Part shown: piece by piece, positions 1 through 9,036 of the stretch | Layout of the letters: each line of letters opens with the position of its first letter | Numbering within the stretch: the first letter of the stretch is position 1 | Assembly: GCA_009837205.1 (NCBI GenBank) | Contig: VXTZ01000026.1 | Span: 83,629 to 147,628, forward strand | DNA length: 64,000 nucleotides | From: Candidatus Dadabacteria bacterium | GTDB taxonomy: Bacteria; Desulfobacterota_D; UBA1144; Nemesobacterales; Nemesobacteraceae | Direction: 5' to 3' | The notes under the pieces: generated by a model | The model's input: the letters and a program-made list of their open reading frames with translations, nothing else | What the model was told of the DNA's origin: nothing | Databases searched by the model: none | Program-made: the position numbers and the translations under genes

Positions 1-1
1 T

Positions 2-352
2 GAGAAGCTCAGACGCTGGAGCGCCTCAGGTGCGGGATTTCATCCCGAGGCCGTAAAAGAGTATGTTCGCTGTTTCAGCGATCCGCGCGCAATCCATGCA
101 AGCTGCGAAGACTACAGGGCCGCGGCCTCCATAGATATTGTCCATGATGAAGAAGATATGGACGCCAGGATAACGTGTCCACTTCTTGCCCTCTGGGGCG
201 GAAAGGGGTTCATTCACAGAACCTATGACGTGCTTAGCGTATGGAGGGAAAAAGCGCTCAGCGTTTCGGGAAAACCGCTTGACTGCGGCCACTTTGTCCC
301 GGAGGAAAAACCCCGGGAGACCTCCGCGGAACTGCTGTCATTTTTCAGGTAA
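2..352 (+). CDS. alpha/beta-fold hydrolase, C-terminal fragment (N-terminus lies upstream of window)
   Basis: Frame is open from nt 2. Translation '...[34 protein letters not shown]...[10 protein letters not shown]' matches the C-terminal cap and catalytic-His region of haloacetate-dehalogenase/epoxide-hydrolase-type alpha/beta hydrolases. GC-rich relative to what follows. Confidence 0.6.
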   Translation, partial: EKLRRWSASGAGFHPEAVKEYVRCFSDPRAIHASCEDYRAAASIDIVHDEEDMDARITCPLLALWGGKGFIHRTYDVLSVWREKALSVSGKPLDCGHFVPEEKPRETSAELLSFFR

Positions 353-685
353 GGGGTTTCAGCAAGGAGAAACCGTAAGGTTTTTGCTGAAAATTATTTA
401 CGGTTCAACCGTTCTACATCAAGCCCGCTTTGGTATTGATATGTCTCGTAAGGTTGTAATCATAACAATTCCCCATACCGTTTTGATATCTTAGACGCTT
501 TACTTTCTCTTTTTTCTAAAATATAATTTCAATCGCTTACAACTGAAGAGGTCCCGCTACGTCGGGTCTCTGTGAATATAAAACCCGATTCCAGGGAAAT
601 AAGCAGAACGTCCAAATCTCTTTGGTTGTAAGCAAGGCCCGGCACCCACGTGTGTCGGAGATCAGCTTACTGGAGGTATTAATTC

Positions 686-1102
686 ATGAGGAAACACCGC
701 CTGATTTATGGATTTTCTGTTTTAGCCGTTGCAGTAGTATTGGGATTGTTCTATTACGGCACGAAGAACGATGCTAAACAATCTAATTCACACATTATTC
801 CATCCGATTTGAATTCCACCCCCTCTCTTTCCAATAAAGTGTCGGAATCGGTGCAGAAGGATAAGCCTCAGGTTTCCATTAAAAATAAGTCTCTTAAGCA
901 GCCGGAACATCGACCGGTTAAGCAAGAACCCCAGTTCCAGCCTGACACGGTTGATGGAAATCCAATAATCCTTACAAAAAAGAAAGTCGTGCTCGAAGAC
1001 GGGAAAGAAATTATGGTCTTTGAAAATGTTCCTGATTCATGGAGGACAGAGACCGAAGTACATTTTGATAAGGGGGGCAAACCTCATGTTACACATCGCT
1101 AA
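686..1102 (+). CDS. hypothetical membrane-anchored protein (N-terminal TM helix, Pro/Gln-rich linker, small C-terminal domain)
   Basis: ORF with an N-terminal hydrophobic segment (FSVLAVAVVLGLFYY). AT-rich. Directly upstream of and overlapping the metalloprotease start. No recognisable family. Confidence 0.4.
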   Translation: MRKHRLIYGFSVLAVAVVLGLFYYGTKNDAKQSNSHIIPSDLNSTPSLSNKVSESVQKDKPQVSIKNKSLKQPEHRPVKQEPQFQPDTVDGNPIILTKKKVVLEDGKEIMVFENVPDSWRTETEVHFDKGGKPHVTHR

Positions 1103-2393
1103 CAAATGGATTTTCACTCTATCCTTTTTCTTCATTATGGCCGTATTCCTCCCGGTTCAGGAGAGTGTGGCAACAACATTTAGAGCAATATACGCTGATG
1201 CTCCAGGTACAGGGTTTTATGATGAAACCCATATGACTGATCAGCTTGCCCAGGGCAATATTATCGGTACAACCGTCGGAGAAGTAAGAAGAAACGCATT
1301 CGAAGCTGCTCTTGATATTCTAGAAGAAAATATTTCAACTAACAACAATGAAGGAGTTGTAATACAGGCGTCGTTTGATGATTTAGGAGCGCCAAGCTCA
1401 AGAGGTATAGTTCTTGGTGGAGCTCTCCCAGCAGATCATGTTTTTTTAGGACTAGTTCCTGGGTTACCAGTTTGTTCAGCATCATCTTTTTTTCAAACAC
1501 CACCACAGTGTTCGGTTCCTTTACTCAACGAGCCGGGGGTTGTGGGAGTGCCTTTAGCGCTTGCTGAACATATTACGGGACAAGGATTTAACGGAAATAA
1601 TCCAGATATTCTAATAAAATTCAATGAAAGAGCTCCATTTTATTTTGGAACAGAAACCACGCCTTTTAATTACGTCAATTTTGTTCTAGTAGCAGCGCAT
1701 GAACTATTCCATGGTCTGGGGTTTTACGATTCATTTCGAGAGGATGGTAGTTTTATTGCATTAACGGAACTGGGTGGCAGTCTGGTTCCTGTGTTTTCTT
1801 ATTACGACATAAATCTATACTCAGAAAGTGAAGAAGACTTGCTTGTAAATCTTTCGCAGTCTGAAAGGCGGAACGCTATTACCTCAGTAGATGGTCTCTC
1901 ATGGGATGGGACGCTAGGAGGCCTATTTGATACTAGTTGTGGACAGCTTATGGGCGAAGCTTTAATGGATTATTACCCATCTGCCGTAGATAAAGAAGGC
2001 CGACCTCAACTCTATGCGCCTAGACCTTACGAGCCAGGGAGTTCTATCTCACACTTTGTTCAAACTTCTAAAGACTTAATGAAGCCTTCAGTCGATGGTG
2101 TAGAGCATGCTGACTTCACGCTTGGGGTGCTTTTGGACATGTTGTGGGTTGTAGGAGATATTTCCCCTGACCGATTAGAAGTTCTTGAAGATTGCCTCAC
2201 TAGTTCTGGAGGAGAAACAGAGCCAGAATCTACACCTGCTCCTGATACACCAGGGCAATCAAGTGGCGGGGGCAGTGGTGGTGGATGTACTATTGCGGAA
2301 ACTCAAGCCATGTCGCAAAACACTATTTTAAACCTGCTTTTAATCCTGCTTACTATGGTTCCTTGCTTTCAACTATACAGGAGAGGAGGTTAA
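1086..2393 (+). CDS. secreted zinc metalloprotease (HExxHxxGxxD metzincin-like) with C-terminal Gly-rich/Cys + TM + Arg sorting tag
   Basis: Start chosen at the ATG preceded by an AAGGGGGG RBS. Signal peptide MLHIANKWIFTLSFFFIMAVFLPVQESVA. Zinc-binding motif HELFHGLGFYD. C-terminus ...GGGSGGGCTIAETQ..ILNLLLILLTMVPCFQLYRRGG. Confidence 0.7.
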   Translation: MLHIANKWIFTLSFFFIMAVFLPVQESVATTFRAIYADAPGTGFYDETHMTDQLAQGNIIGTTVGEVRRNAFEAALDILEENISTNNNEGVVIQASFDDLGAPSSRGIVLGGALPADHVFLGLVPGLPVCSASSFFQTPPQCSVPLLNEPGVVGVPLALAEHITGQGFNGNNPDILIKFNERAPFYFGTETTPFNYVNFVLVAAHELFHGLGFYDSFREDGSFIALTELGGSLVPVFSYYDINLYSESEEDLLVNLSQSERRNAITSVDGLSWDGTLGGLFDTSCGQLMGEALMDYYPSAVDKEGRPQLYAPRPYEPGSSISHFVQTSKDLMKPSVDGVEHADFTLGVLLDMLWVVGDISPDRLEVLEDCLTSSGGETEPESTPAPDTPGQSSGGGSGGGCTIAETQAMSQNTILNLLLILLTMVPCFQLYRRGG

Positions 2394-2630
2394 GGTTGTT
2401 ACGAAAAACAAAAGCATCCTTTAAGTAAGAGGTGGTGATCAGCGCAAGCTTGTAAGGGATTAAATGTAGGCAAACATTTACCCGTCGGAGAAGTTGCGAA
2501 GGTAATTCAGTGAATGACAAGCAGCCGTGGCAAGTTAAACTGGATGATTCAATGAGAGTAATATCATATTCCGCTTTGGCGATGTCTACAACGTTGACTT
2601 GATTGACTACCGCTAGAAAGAGGCAGCAAT

Positions 2631-2933
2631 ATGACGATAAACAGTCCGCCGCATCCCGACCGCAGCATCAGGGAAAACTGCCTAGCCCCACTTGGGTTGA
2701 ACGTTACCGAAGCGGCAAAAATTTTGGGTGTTGCTCGTCACACGCTTTCGCGCATACTGAACGGCCATGTGGCAATTTCACTGGAGATGGCTATCAGGCT
2801 TGAGAAGGCGGGATGGTCCAATGCCGAGTTCTGGCTACGTCGCCAGACCACTTACGACCTGGTGCAGGCACGCAAGGGCGAAGACCGGATCAATGTTGAG
2901 TTCTACCGGTCGCAGCGGACGGAGAAGGAATGA
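2631..2933 (+). CDS. higA: HigA-family antitoxin (XRE HTH)
   Basis: [77 protein letters not shown] matches the HigA 'NPPHPGE...GLS..LA..LGV.R...S.I.NG...IS..MA.RL...G.S.EFWLNLQ..YDL' consensus. Confidence 0.8.
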   Translation: MTINSPPHPDRSIRENCLAPLGLNVTEAAKILGVARHTLSRILNGHVAISLEMAIRLEKAGWSNAEFWLRRQTTYDLVQARKGEDRINVEFYRSQRTEKE

Positions 2934-3095
2934 ATACCGAACATGAGCACAGCAAAAAGCCCGTAGCAATACTTAGCCGGATATAGGTTCAGGTACCAAG
3001 AAAGCCAGTTGGTCTGTAAGCTGAGTTCTGTTAAATACAGTCATTCATGTCCTTGTAAAATATATCTCTGCAGACATGGGGACGGGGAGTTACAA

Positions 3096-3332
3096 ATGCC
3101 GTTAGAAAAACCACTTGCATATTTCAGGAAGCACCAGGAAAAATTTGCCCGGGAGCACCATGGGAAATTCGTGGTTATCTATGAAGAAGATGTAGAGGGC
3201 TTCTACAAGAGCGAATTGGAAGCATACACAGTCGCAATAAAAAAACATCCGGACGGATTGTTTCTTCTTCGGCAATGCCTAAGGCTCGAAGAAGAAAACG
3301 TGGCTGTGTTCCACTCTAGGATTGCTGGCTAA
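3096..3332 (+). CDS. hypothetical small protein (possible TA-associated; alternative GTG/ATG start at 3009)
   Basis: ORF between higA and vapB. MPLEKPLAYFRKHQEKFAREHHGKFVVIYEEDVEGFYKSELEAYTVAIKKHPDGLFLL resembles small DUF5678-like proteins often found next to TA loci (low certainty). Confidence 0.35.
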   Translation: MPLEKPLAYFRKHQEKFAREHHGKFVVIYEEDVEGFYKSELEAYTVAIKKHPDGLFLLRQCLRLEEENVAVFHSRIAG

Positions 3333-3506
3333 CTGTCTCCGGAAACGAATCATTCGTCATTCACCATCAAGTTTCCAGGTGCGGCTGCAGTACTTGAAAA
3401 AATACTTGCCTGACTTTCCAAATTCCGTCACGCCTATATATTGATTTTGTAAAAGAGATGGAGAAAGGGAAATCTTGACTCACAAGGAAGGATTGCAACA
3501 AATGAG

Positions 3507-3782
3507 ATGGCCATGCACATCGTAAAAATTTTTAAGAGCGGCCGTAGCCAAGCTATCCGCATACCGAAAGATTTCGCCTATGAAGGCGTAAAGGAGCTGA
3601 CCGTGCGGAAAATCGGCGAAAAACTGATCTTGGAACCAGTACGCAAGTCTTGGCTGACTCTGTATGACGAGATCGAGCCGTTAGGAACAGATGACAACTT
3701 TCTGGCTGATCGACCTGACTTGTTCGCCATTGACGAAAGCAGGGTGAAGTTTAAATCTGTTCGCATAAGCCGTAACAGATGA
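3507..3782 (+). CDS. vapB: AbrB/MazE-fold antitoxin, VapB-like
   Basis: MAMHIVKIFKSGRSQAIRIPKDFAYEGVKELTVRKIGEKLILEPV is the classic SpoVT/AbrB swapped-hairpin antitoxin N-terminus (K.F.SGNSQAVRIPKEF...). Confidence 0.75.
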   Translation: MAMHIVKIFKSGRSQAIRIPKDFAYEGVKELTVRKIGEKLILEPVRKSWLTLYDEIEPLGTDDNFLADRPDLFAIDESRVKFKSVRISRNR

Positions 3783-3997
3783 TCGTTTCTGTTATAACCG
3801 GTGACTGCATATTACGACTGAATTCCGAGTGCGCGAGTTTCAAGTTAATTGACGCAGTAAAAACGTTTCTCGCAGTCATCACCAAAACGCTTTTCACACT
3901 CTCCAAGAATGTGAGAAGTGTATACTACGAATCCCCGTCGTTATTGAGATTGAGAAGTGGACCTCAGAAAAAACAGGTTGCAATCCTTATTCTTTAG
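3779..3997 (+). pseudogene. short ORF start-overlapping vapB stop (ATGA); probable truncated/decayed toxin gene
   Basis: A 72-aa ORF in the position where a ~130-aa PIN/VapC or MazF toxin is expected. No PIN acidic quartet is recognisable. The frame closes after 72 codons and no continuation is found in other frames. Confidence 0.3.
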
Positions 3998-4059
3998 TGT
4001 AGTTTTCTGAAACGAAATACGACCGGATATGTGGAATTAATATTCTAGGTGACACAGCC

Positions 4060-4488
4060 ATGCAGACCACTGTATTAGATGTAGCCGAGTATATACTTCA
4101 GAAGAAAAAACCAATCCCTGCCATGAAATTGCAGAAGTTGGTCTATTACTGCCAAGCTTGGTCATTGGTATGGGAAGACAGGCCCATTTATAAAAACAGG
4201 ATAGAAGCTTGGGCTCATGGTCCTGTAGTTGTCGACCTGTATTACGCCCACAGAGGTGAATATATGTTGGAAAGCGTCGGAGGCAATCCTTCAATTCTTT
4301 CCCAATCAGATATTGAGACCATTGATGCTGTTTTGGAATATTACGGCGAGAAATCTTCACAATGGCTGTCGGATCTCACCCATCAGGAACGCCCATGGCA
4401 AAAAGCTCGCAGGTCCCTGCCGAGAGGGCAGCGGGGAAGTGAGGAAATAACGCTGGCATCCATGGCGGAATATTACGGTTCTCTCTGA
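4060..4488 (+). CDS. Panacea-domain (DUF4065, COG3600/GepA/SocA-like) antitoxin
   Basis: KLQKLVYYCQAWSLVWEDRPIYKNRIEAWAHGPVVVDLYY and the C-terminal LTHQERPW match the DUF4065/Panacea core (KLQKLLYY.Q.W.L......LF.E.FEAW..GPV...LY ... THxExPW). Confidence 0.75.
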   Translation: MQTTVLDVAEYILQKKKPIPAMKLQKLVYYCQAWSLVWEDRPIYKNRIEAWAHGPVVVDLYYAHRGEYMLESVGGNPSILSQSDIETIDAVLEYYGEKSSQWLSDLTHQERPWQKARRSLPRGQRGSEEITLASMAEYYGSL

Positions 4489-4505
4489 TAGGTGGACATA
4501 GATGC

Positions 4506-4961
4506 ATGGTCAAAAAACGCAACGGTCGAAAACGTCCGAAGAGAAAAGCGAATCCTGATCCCAAAAAATCCCCACAAATTCAAACCGGCGTTCAGGAGTC
4601 GTTTCAAGGGCACAAAATAAGATGGTCTTTTTCTATTCTGGATATGGGCGGTCCTTTCGGGTGGTCAAAATGTTCGGTCTCCGTTCTGAATGATGTGCTA
4701 AAGCCACGACTCAGCAATTTTGAAACTATGACTTGGGCAGAAATTGAATCCCACAGGCACCATTCTATTCCAACAGGAGATCTTTCAACACAGGCCCAAA
4801 AACGTCTTTCTGACAAGAAGCTAAGCGATGTGGATGAGGTTTTTTCCTTGGCAATAGGTAGCAAAGAGAGAATTATAGGGATTCGTGACCGTGACGTCTT
4901 TAAATTGCTTTGGTGGGATCCGAAGCATGAAGTCTGCCCATCAACGAAAAGACATACATAA
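4506..4961 (+). CDS. uncharacterised 151-aa protein, polybasic N-terminus; candidate toxin partner of the Panacea antitoxin
   Basis: Starts 17 nt after the DUF4065 gene on the same strand. N-terminus KKRNGRKRPKRKANPDPKK. C-terminal ERIIGIRDRDVFKLLWWDPKHEV is reminiscent of the RelE/ParE terminal beta-hairpin. No known family assigned. Confidence 0.5.
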   Translation: MVKKRNGRKRPKRKANPDPKKSPQIQTGVQESFQGHKIRWSFSILDMGGPFGWSKCSVSVLNDVLKPRLSNFETMTWAEIESHRHHSIPTGDLSTQAQKRLSDKKLSDVDEVFSLAIGSKERIIGIRDRDVFKLLWWDPKHEVCPSTKRHT

Positions 4962-5158
4962 TCCTCAGGGCCGATGACTGACAGGCTGGTCGGAAGCCGG
5001 TTCTCTACAATAGATTTACAATCGCCCCTTCAACCACTTATCAAGAACGGCGTAGTTCTACAGGACTGTCCTGTCATCCCAATTCATATAGAGCGTACTG
5101 TCAGTTCCCCGTTCAAACGAGTTCTTTATAATTCTCCTACTTCGTATAAATTATCATC

Positions 5159-6118
5159 ATGTCGAAAATGCTTTTCGTGATGGACCCGATCGAGTCCATA
5201 AACATAAACAAGGACACCACTTTCGTCATAATGCTCGAATGCCAGGCAAGAGGGCACGAAATTCGCTACTGCGAACTCAAGGATCTTTTCGTAAAGGACT
5301 CCGAGGCATGGGCGGATTCAACCAAGCTTCGTCTCGAGAGAAAGAGTGATTACTACTCAAAGGGATTAACGGGAACTTCTCCGCTTGATGACTTCGACAT
5401 CGTATGGATGAGAAAAGATCCCCCCTTCAACATGGACTATATCTACTCGACCTACATACTAAACAGGGTTGACGAGTCCGAAACGCACGTGATAAACCAC
5501 CCGGCCGGTATACGGGAATCTAACGAGAAGATGTACAGCCTTAATTTCGCCGACTACATCCCCCCTACTCTGGTTTCAAAAGACATAGAAAAACTGAAGG
5601 AATTTCTCTATGAGACCGGCAACGAGATTGTGGTAAAACCGCTTGACGGCTACGGCGGGGAGGGAATTTTTCTCGTAAGGGCCGATGACCCTAATCTCAA
5701 CGTGATACTCGAGAGCATAACCGACTTCGGGCGGACCTACGTGATGGCCCAGAAATTCATAAAAGAGGTTTCGCAAGGAGACAAAAGGGTTATAATTCTA
5801 AACGGCCAGCCCATAGGAGCCGTGATGAGGGTAGCCGCAAAGGGAGAATTCAGAAGCAATTTCCACTCCGGAGGATATCCCGAGAAAACCACTCTTACGG
5901 AAAGGGACCTGGAAATATGCGACGGCCTCAGACAGAAACTCTTAGAGGACCGGCTCTATCTGGTCGGAATCGACATAGTCGGAGGGTATCTGACCGAAGT
6001 CAACACCACTAGCCCGACATGCGTTCAGGAAATAAACTTTTTCAGCGGGGTAAAGCTTGAATCGCAGATAGTCGATTTTGCTGAGAGTATTATCCGCGGG
6101 ACTCCAGAGAGCCTTTAG
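5159..6118 (+). CDS. gshB: glutathione synthetase (ATP-grasp)
   Basis: MSKMLFVMDPIESININKDTTFVIMLECQARGHEI... is collinear with E. coli GshB (KLGIVMDPIANINIKKDSSFAMLLEAQRRGYEL...KPLDGMGG...TEINVTSPTC). Confidence 0.9.
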   Translation: MSKMLFVMDPIESININKDTTFVIMLECQARGHEIRYCELKDLFVKDSEAWADSTKLRLERKSDYYSKGLTGTSPLDDFDIVWMRKDPPFNMDYIYSTYILNRVDESETHVINHPAGIRESNEKMYSLNFADYIPPTLVSKDIEKLKEFLYETGNEIVVKPLDGYGGEGIFLVRADDPNLNVILESITDFGRTYVMAQKFIKEVSQGDKRVIILNGQPIGAVMRVAAKGEFRSNFHSGGYPEKTTLTERDLEICDGLRQKLLEDRLYLVGIDIVGGYLTEVNTTSPTCVQEINFFSGVKLESQIVDFAESIIRGTPESL

Positions 6119-6156
6119 AAAATTCCTAGGCGGGAAGCTAACGCAGGACTCTAACA

Positions 6157-6453
6157 ATGAAAATATCCAAAGAAGATGTGCTTAACACGGCCGAGCTTGC
6201 AAGGCTCGAGTTTGATGACGAGACGCTTTCGAAGTTCACCCGTCAGCTCGGGGACATCCTCATCCATATAGATGAGCTTGCCGAGCTTGACACGAAAAAC
6301 GTGGAGCCCACATCGCATGTGCTTGAACTCTCAACTCCTTTCCGAAAAGACGAGGTAAATCAGCTAATAACTGCTGAAGACGCCCTTAGCAACGCACCCA
6401 GCAAAGAAAACGATTTCTTCACGGTTCCAAAAGTCATAGAGGACCAGAGCTGA
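6157..6453 (+). CDS. gatC: Asp-tRNA(Asn)/Glu-tRNA(Gln) amidotransferase subunit C
   Basis: [46 protein letters not shown] is the GatC consensus. Immediately upstream of gatA. Confidence 0.9.
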   Translation: MKISKEDVLNTAELARLEFDDETLSKFTRQLGDILIHIDELAELDTKNVEPTSHVLELSTPFRKDEVNQLITAEDALSNAPSKENDFFTVPKVIEDQS

Positions 6454-6457
6454 CCCA

Positions 6458-7921
6458 ATGTCCATTCCAAGAACCATAAAGGAAGCAGCCGCGTTAATAG
6501 AGAGAAAAGAGGCCTCCCCGGTGGAACTCGCCGAACTTTTTCTCGAGCGCATATCCTCCGAGGACGCAAAAATAAACTCTTACATCACCGTCTGGAAAGA
6601 AGCGGCCTTGGAGGCCGCCAGAGAGGCGGAAAAAGAGATATCCGAAGGAAACTATCTGGGACCTCTCCATGGGGTCCCGATAGCGCTTAAGGATATTTTC
6701 GTGACAAAGGACTCGCGTACCACCTGCGGCTCGAAAATGCTGCGGGATTTCATCGCTCCCTACAATTCCACCGTGGCCGAAAAACTCATGGCGAGCGGTT
6801 CCGTAGTACTCGGGAAAAACAACATGGACGAGTTCGCCATGGGATCTTCAAACGAAACATCTTACTTCGGACCGGTAAGAAACCCCTGGGACACCGACAG
6901 GGTTCCGGGAGGATCAAGCGGAGGAAGCGCCGCCGCCACAGCGGCAAATCTGTGCGTCGCGTCAGTCGGAACAGACACCGGGGGTTCCATAAGGCAGCCC
7001 GGCTCCCTCTGCGGAGTAGTGGGAATGAAACCCACCTACGGAAGGGTAAGCCGCTACGGCATGATTGCATTCGCTTCTTCCCTCGATCAGGCGGGACCGC
7101 TTGCGAAAACCGTTGAGGACGCAGCCATAATCCTCTCCTCCATAGCAGGCCATGACCCGATGGATTCAACATCCGTAAACCTTCCGACCGCTGATTACGC
7201 AAGCGCGCTCAATACGGACATAAAGGGGCTACGGGTCGGCATACCGAAGGAATACTTCATCTCGGGGATGGATCCCGAAGTGGAAGAATCCGTCCGCAAA
7301 GCTATCGCCGAACTTGAAACCATGGGAGCGGAAATTGTGGAGATTTCGCTTCCTCACTCCCGCTATACGGTCTCAACCTACTATATAATAGCCCCTTCGG
7401 AAGCAAGTTCGAACCTAGCAAGGTACGACGGAGTAAGATACACATACCGCTGTGAAAATGCGGAAACCCTGAGAGATCTGTTTTTCAGAAGCCGCTCGGA
7501 AGGGTTCGGAGACGAAGTGAAGAGAAGAATAATGCTTGGAACCTACGCCCTTTCCACAGGCTACTATGACGCCTATTACCTGAAAGCCCAGAAGGTAAGA
7601 ACCCTTATAATAAGGGATTTTGACAGCGCCTGGGAAAAAGTTGACGTGATAGCGAGCGCCACTTCTCCTGAAACCGCTTTCAGAATAGGCGAAAAAGCAG
7701 ACGATCCCCTTAAAATGTACCTATCCGACATATTTACCATTCCCTGCAACATAGCAGGACTCCCCGGAATATCAGTCCCCTGCGGATTCAGTTCAGAAAA
7801 GCTTCCGATAGGGCTTCAGATAATGGGAAAGCCATTCGACGAGCAGACAGTGCTCAACGTTGCGTACGCTTACGAGCAAAGCACGAAGTGGTACGAAAAA
7901 GAAGTGTCCCCTCTTGGATAA
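6458..7921 (+). CDS. gatA: Asp-tRNA(Asn)/Glu-tRNA(Gln) amidotransferase subunit A (amidase signature)
   Basis: 487 aa with the amidase signature [10 protein letters not shown] and catalytic-Ser region. gatC-gatA order. Confidence 0.95.
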   Translation: MSIPRTIKEAAALIERKEASPVELAELFLERISSEDAKINSYITVWKEAALEAAREAEKEISEGNYLGPLHGVPIALKDIFVTKDSRTTCGSKMLRDFIAPYNSTVAEKLMASGSVVLGKNNMDEFAMGSSNETSYFGPVRNPWDTDRVPGGSSGGSAAATAANLCVASVGTDTGGSIRQPGSLCGVVGMKPTYGRVSRYGMIAFASSLDQAGPLAKTVEDAAIILSSIAGHDPMDSTSVNLPTADYASALNTDIKGLRVGIPKEYFISGMDPEVEESVRKAIAELETMGAEIVEISLPHSRYTVSTYYIIAPSEASSNLARYDGVRYTYRCENAETLRDLFFRSRSEGFGDEVKRRIMLGTYALSTGYYDAYYLKAQKVRTLIIRDFDSAWEKVDVIASATSPETAFRIGEKADDPLKMYLSDIFTIPCNIAGLPGISVPCGFSSEKLPIGLQIMGKPFDEQTVLNVAYAYEQSTKWYEKEVSPLG

Positions 7922-8004
7922 TCGCAACCCAGGATACACCTCAGCCCAAAAACATGTTATCATCGAAATATGAAGCTTCTTTTCCCGGTACAGGAGGACG
8001 GGTT

Positions 8005-8169
8005 ATGAGCAAAGAAAAAAAGTGTACCGTATGTGGCAAGCCTTCTCCCGATTTCATATGCGAGTCATGCAAGTCGAATATTCAGGCTGAGGCCGTGGGC
8101 AAGAAATCAAAGATGGAAAAGCAGGTGAAGGTAGGCGGTTCAATAGCCGATAAGCGTTCAAAAGAATAG
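8005..8169 (+). CDS. small zinc-ribbon protein (CxxC...CxxC)
   Basis: MSKEKKCTVCGKPSPDFICESCKS... preceded by an AGGAGG RBS. The longer ORF-track version (from 7888) overlaps the gatA 3' end and is probably not the real start. Confidence 0.4.
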   Translation: MSKEKKCTVCGKPSPDFICESCKSNIQAEAVGKKSKMEKQVKVGGSIADKRSKE

Positions 8170-8174
8170 TAGCT

Positions 8175-9026
8175 CTATTCTTCCCAGATTTCGAGGGCGA
8201 TCCTGTATACGCTGTTCTTCAACGCCCCAGAGGATTCGCAGACCGTGCGTACTGCATCACTGAGAGCGGTCCCGCTCTCTTTCATTGCGCGAAGCGTCCT
8301 TTGCACTTCTTCTATTGAGATCTCTCCTCGCCCTTCCCCGTTGCCCTCTAAAACAATTGTCACTTCCCCCTTAATCGATTCTTTCTTTGAAAGAATCGAT
8401 ACCACCTCCGAAACTGATCCCCGGATTACCTCTTCGTAAAGTTTTGTCATTTCCCTAGCAATGCAGATATTCCTGTCGCCGAGAATTTCCAGCATAAGAC
8501 TCAAGGTGCGTGAAAGTCTTCTGGCGGACTCGTAAAAAACCATGGTGTATGGGTAGGATTTTACGTCCTTTAAAAGCTCTTTCTTCTTGCCTATGGTCTT
8601 CGGGAAAAAACCGAGAAAAAGAAAACTGTCTGTGGGAAGTCCCGAAACAACAAGTGCAGAGAGGACAGCCGAAGGACCGGGTATGGGAACTACTTCTATA
8701 TTGTTTTCAATTGAGAGATTTACAAGCCTCCACCCAGGGTCGGAAACCGAAGGAGTTCCGGCATCGGAAACCAGCGCCACGTCTTTGCCGTCTTTGAGTC
8801 TTTCAAGCAGCTTGGGCGATTTTTCAACTTCATTATGTTCATGATAGCTAGTGAGAGGGGTTTCGATCCCGTACCGGGTAAGGAGTTTTTTTGTGTTTCT
8901 CGTATCCTCGCACGCTATAACGTCGCAATCCTTAAGAACGTTTACAGCCCGCAAAGTTATGTCTTCAAGATTTCCTATCGGGGTAGAGACTACGAAGAGT
9001 TTTCCAAACATACTGTTATTCGGCAA
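8175..9026 (-). CDS. rsmI: 16S rRNA (cytidine1402-2'-O)-methyltransferase
   Basis: GKLFVVSTPIGNLEDITLRAVNVLKDCDVIACEDTR is the RsmI/tetrapyrrole-methylase N-terminus. 283 aa. Start may be the internal ATG at 9011. Confidence 0.9.
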   Translation of the reverse strand: MPNNSMFGKLFVVSTPIGNLEDITLRAVNVLKDCDVIACEDTRNTKKLLTRYGIETPLTSYHEHNEVEKSPKLLERLKDGKDVALVSDAGTPSVSDPGWRLVNLSIENNIEVVPIPGPSAVLSALVVSGLPTDSFLFLGFFPKTIGKKKELLKDVKSYPYTMVFYESARRLSRTLSLMLEILGDRNICIAREMTKLYEEVIRGSVSEVVSILSKKESIKGEVTIVLEGNGEGRGEISIEEVQRTLRAMKESGTALSDAVRTVCESSGALKNSVYRIALEIWEE

Positions 9027-9036
9027 ATTCCGCTTT

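Noticed and set aside
2603-2803. 66-aa ORF overlapping higA in another frame, considered as a possible higB
   Set aside because: It is out of frame with and internal to higA, and has no RelE/HigB features. The real higB, if any, would be upstream, and only a start-less relic frame is found there.
6786-7202. 138-aa Arg-rich antisense ORF inside gatA
   Set aside because: It lies entirely within the strongly supported gatA on the opposite strand. Its composition (R/P/L/S-rich) is typical of a GC-skewed antisense frame.
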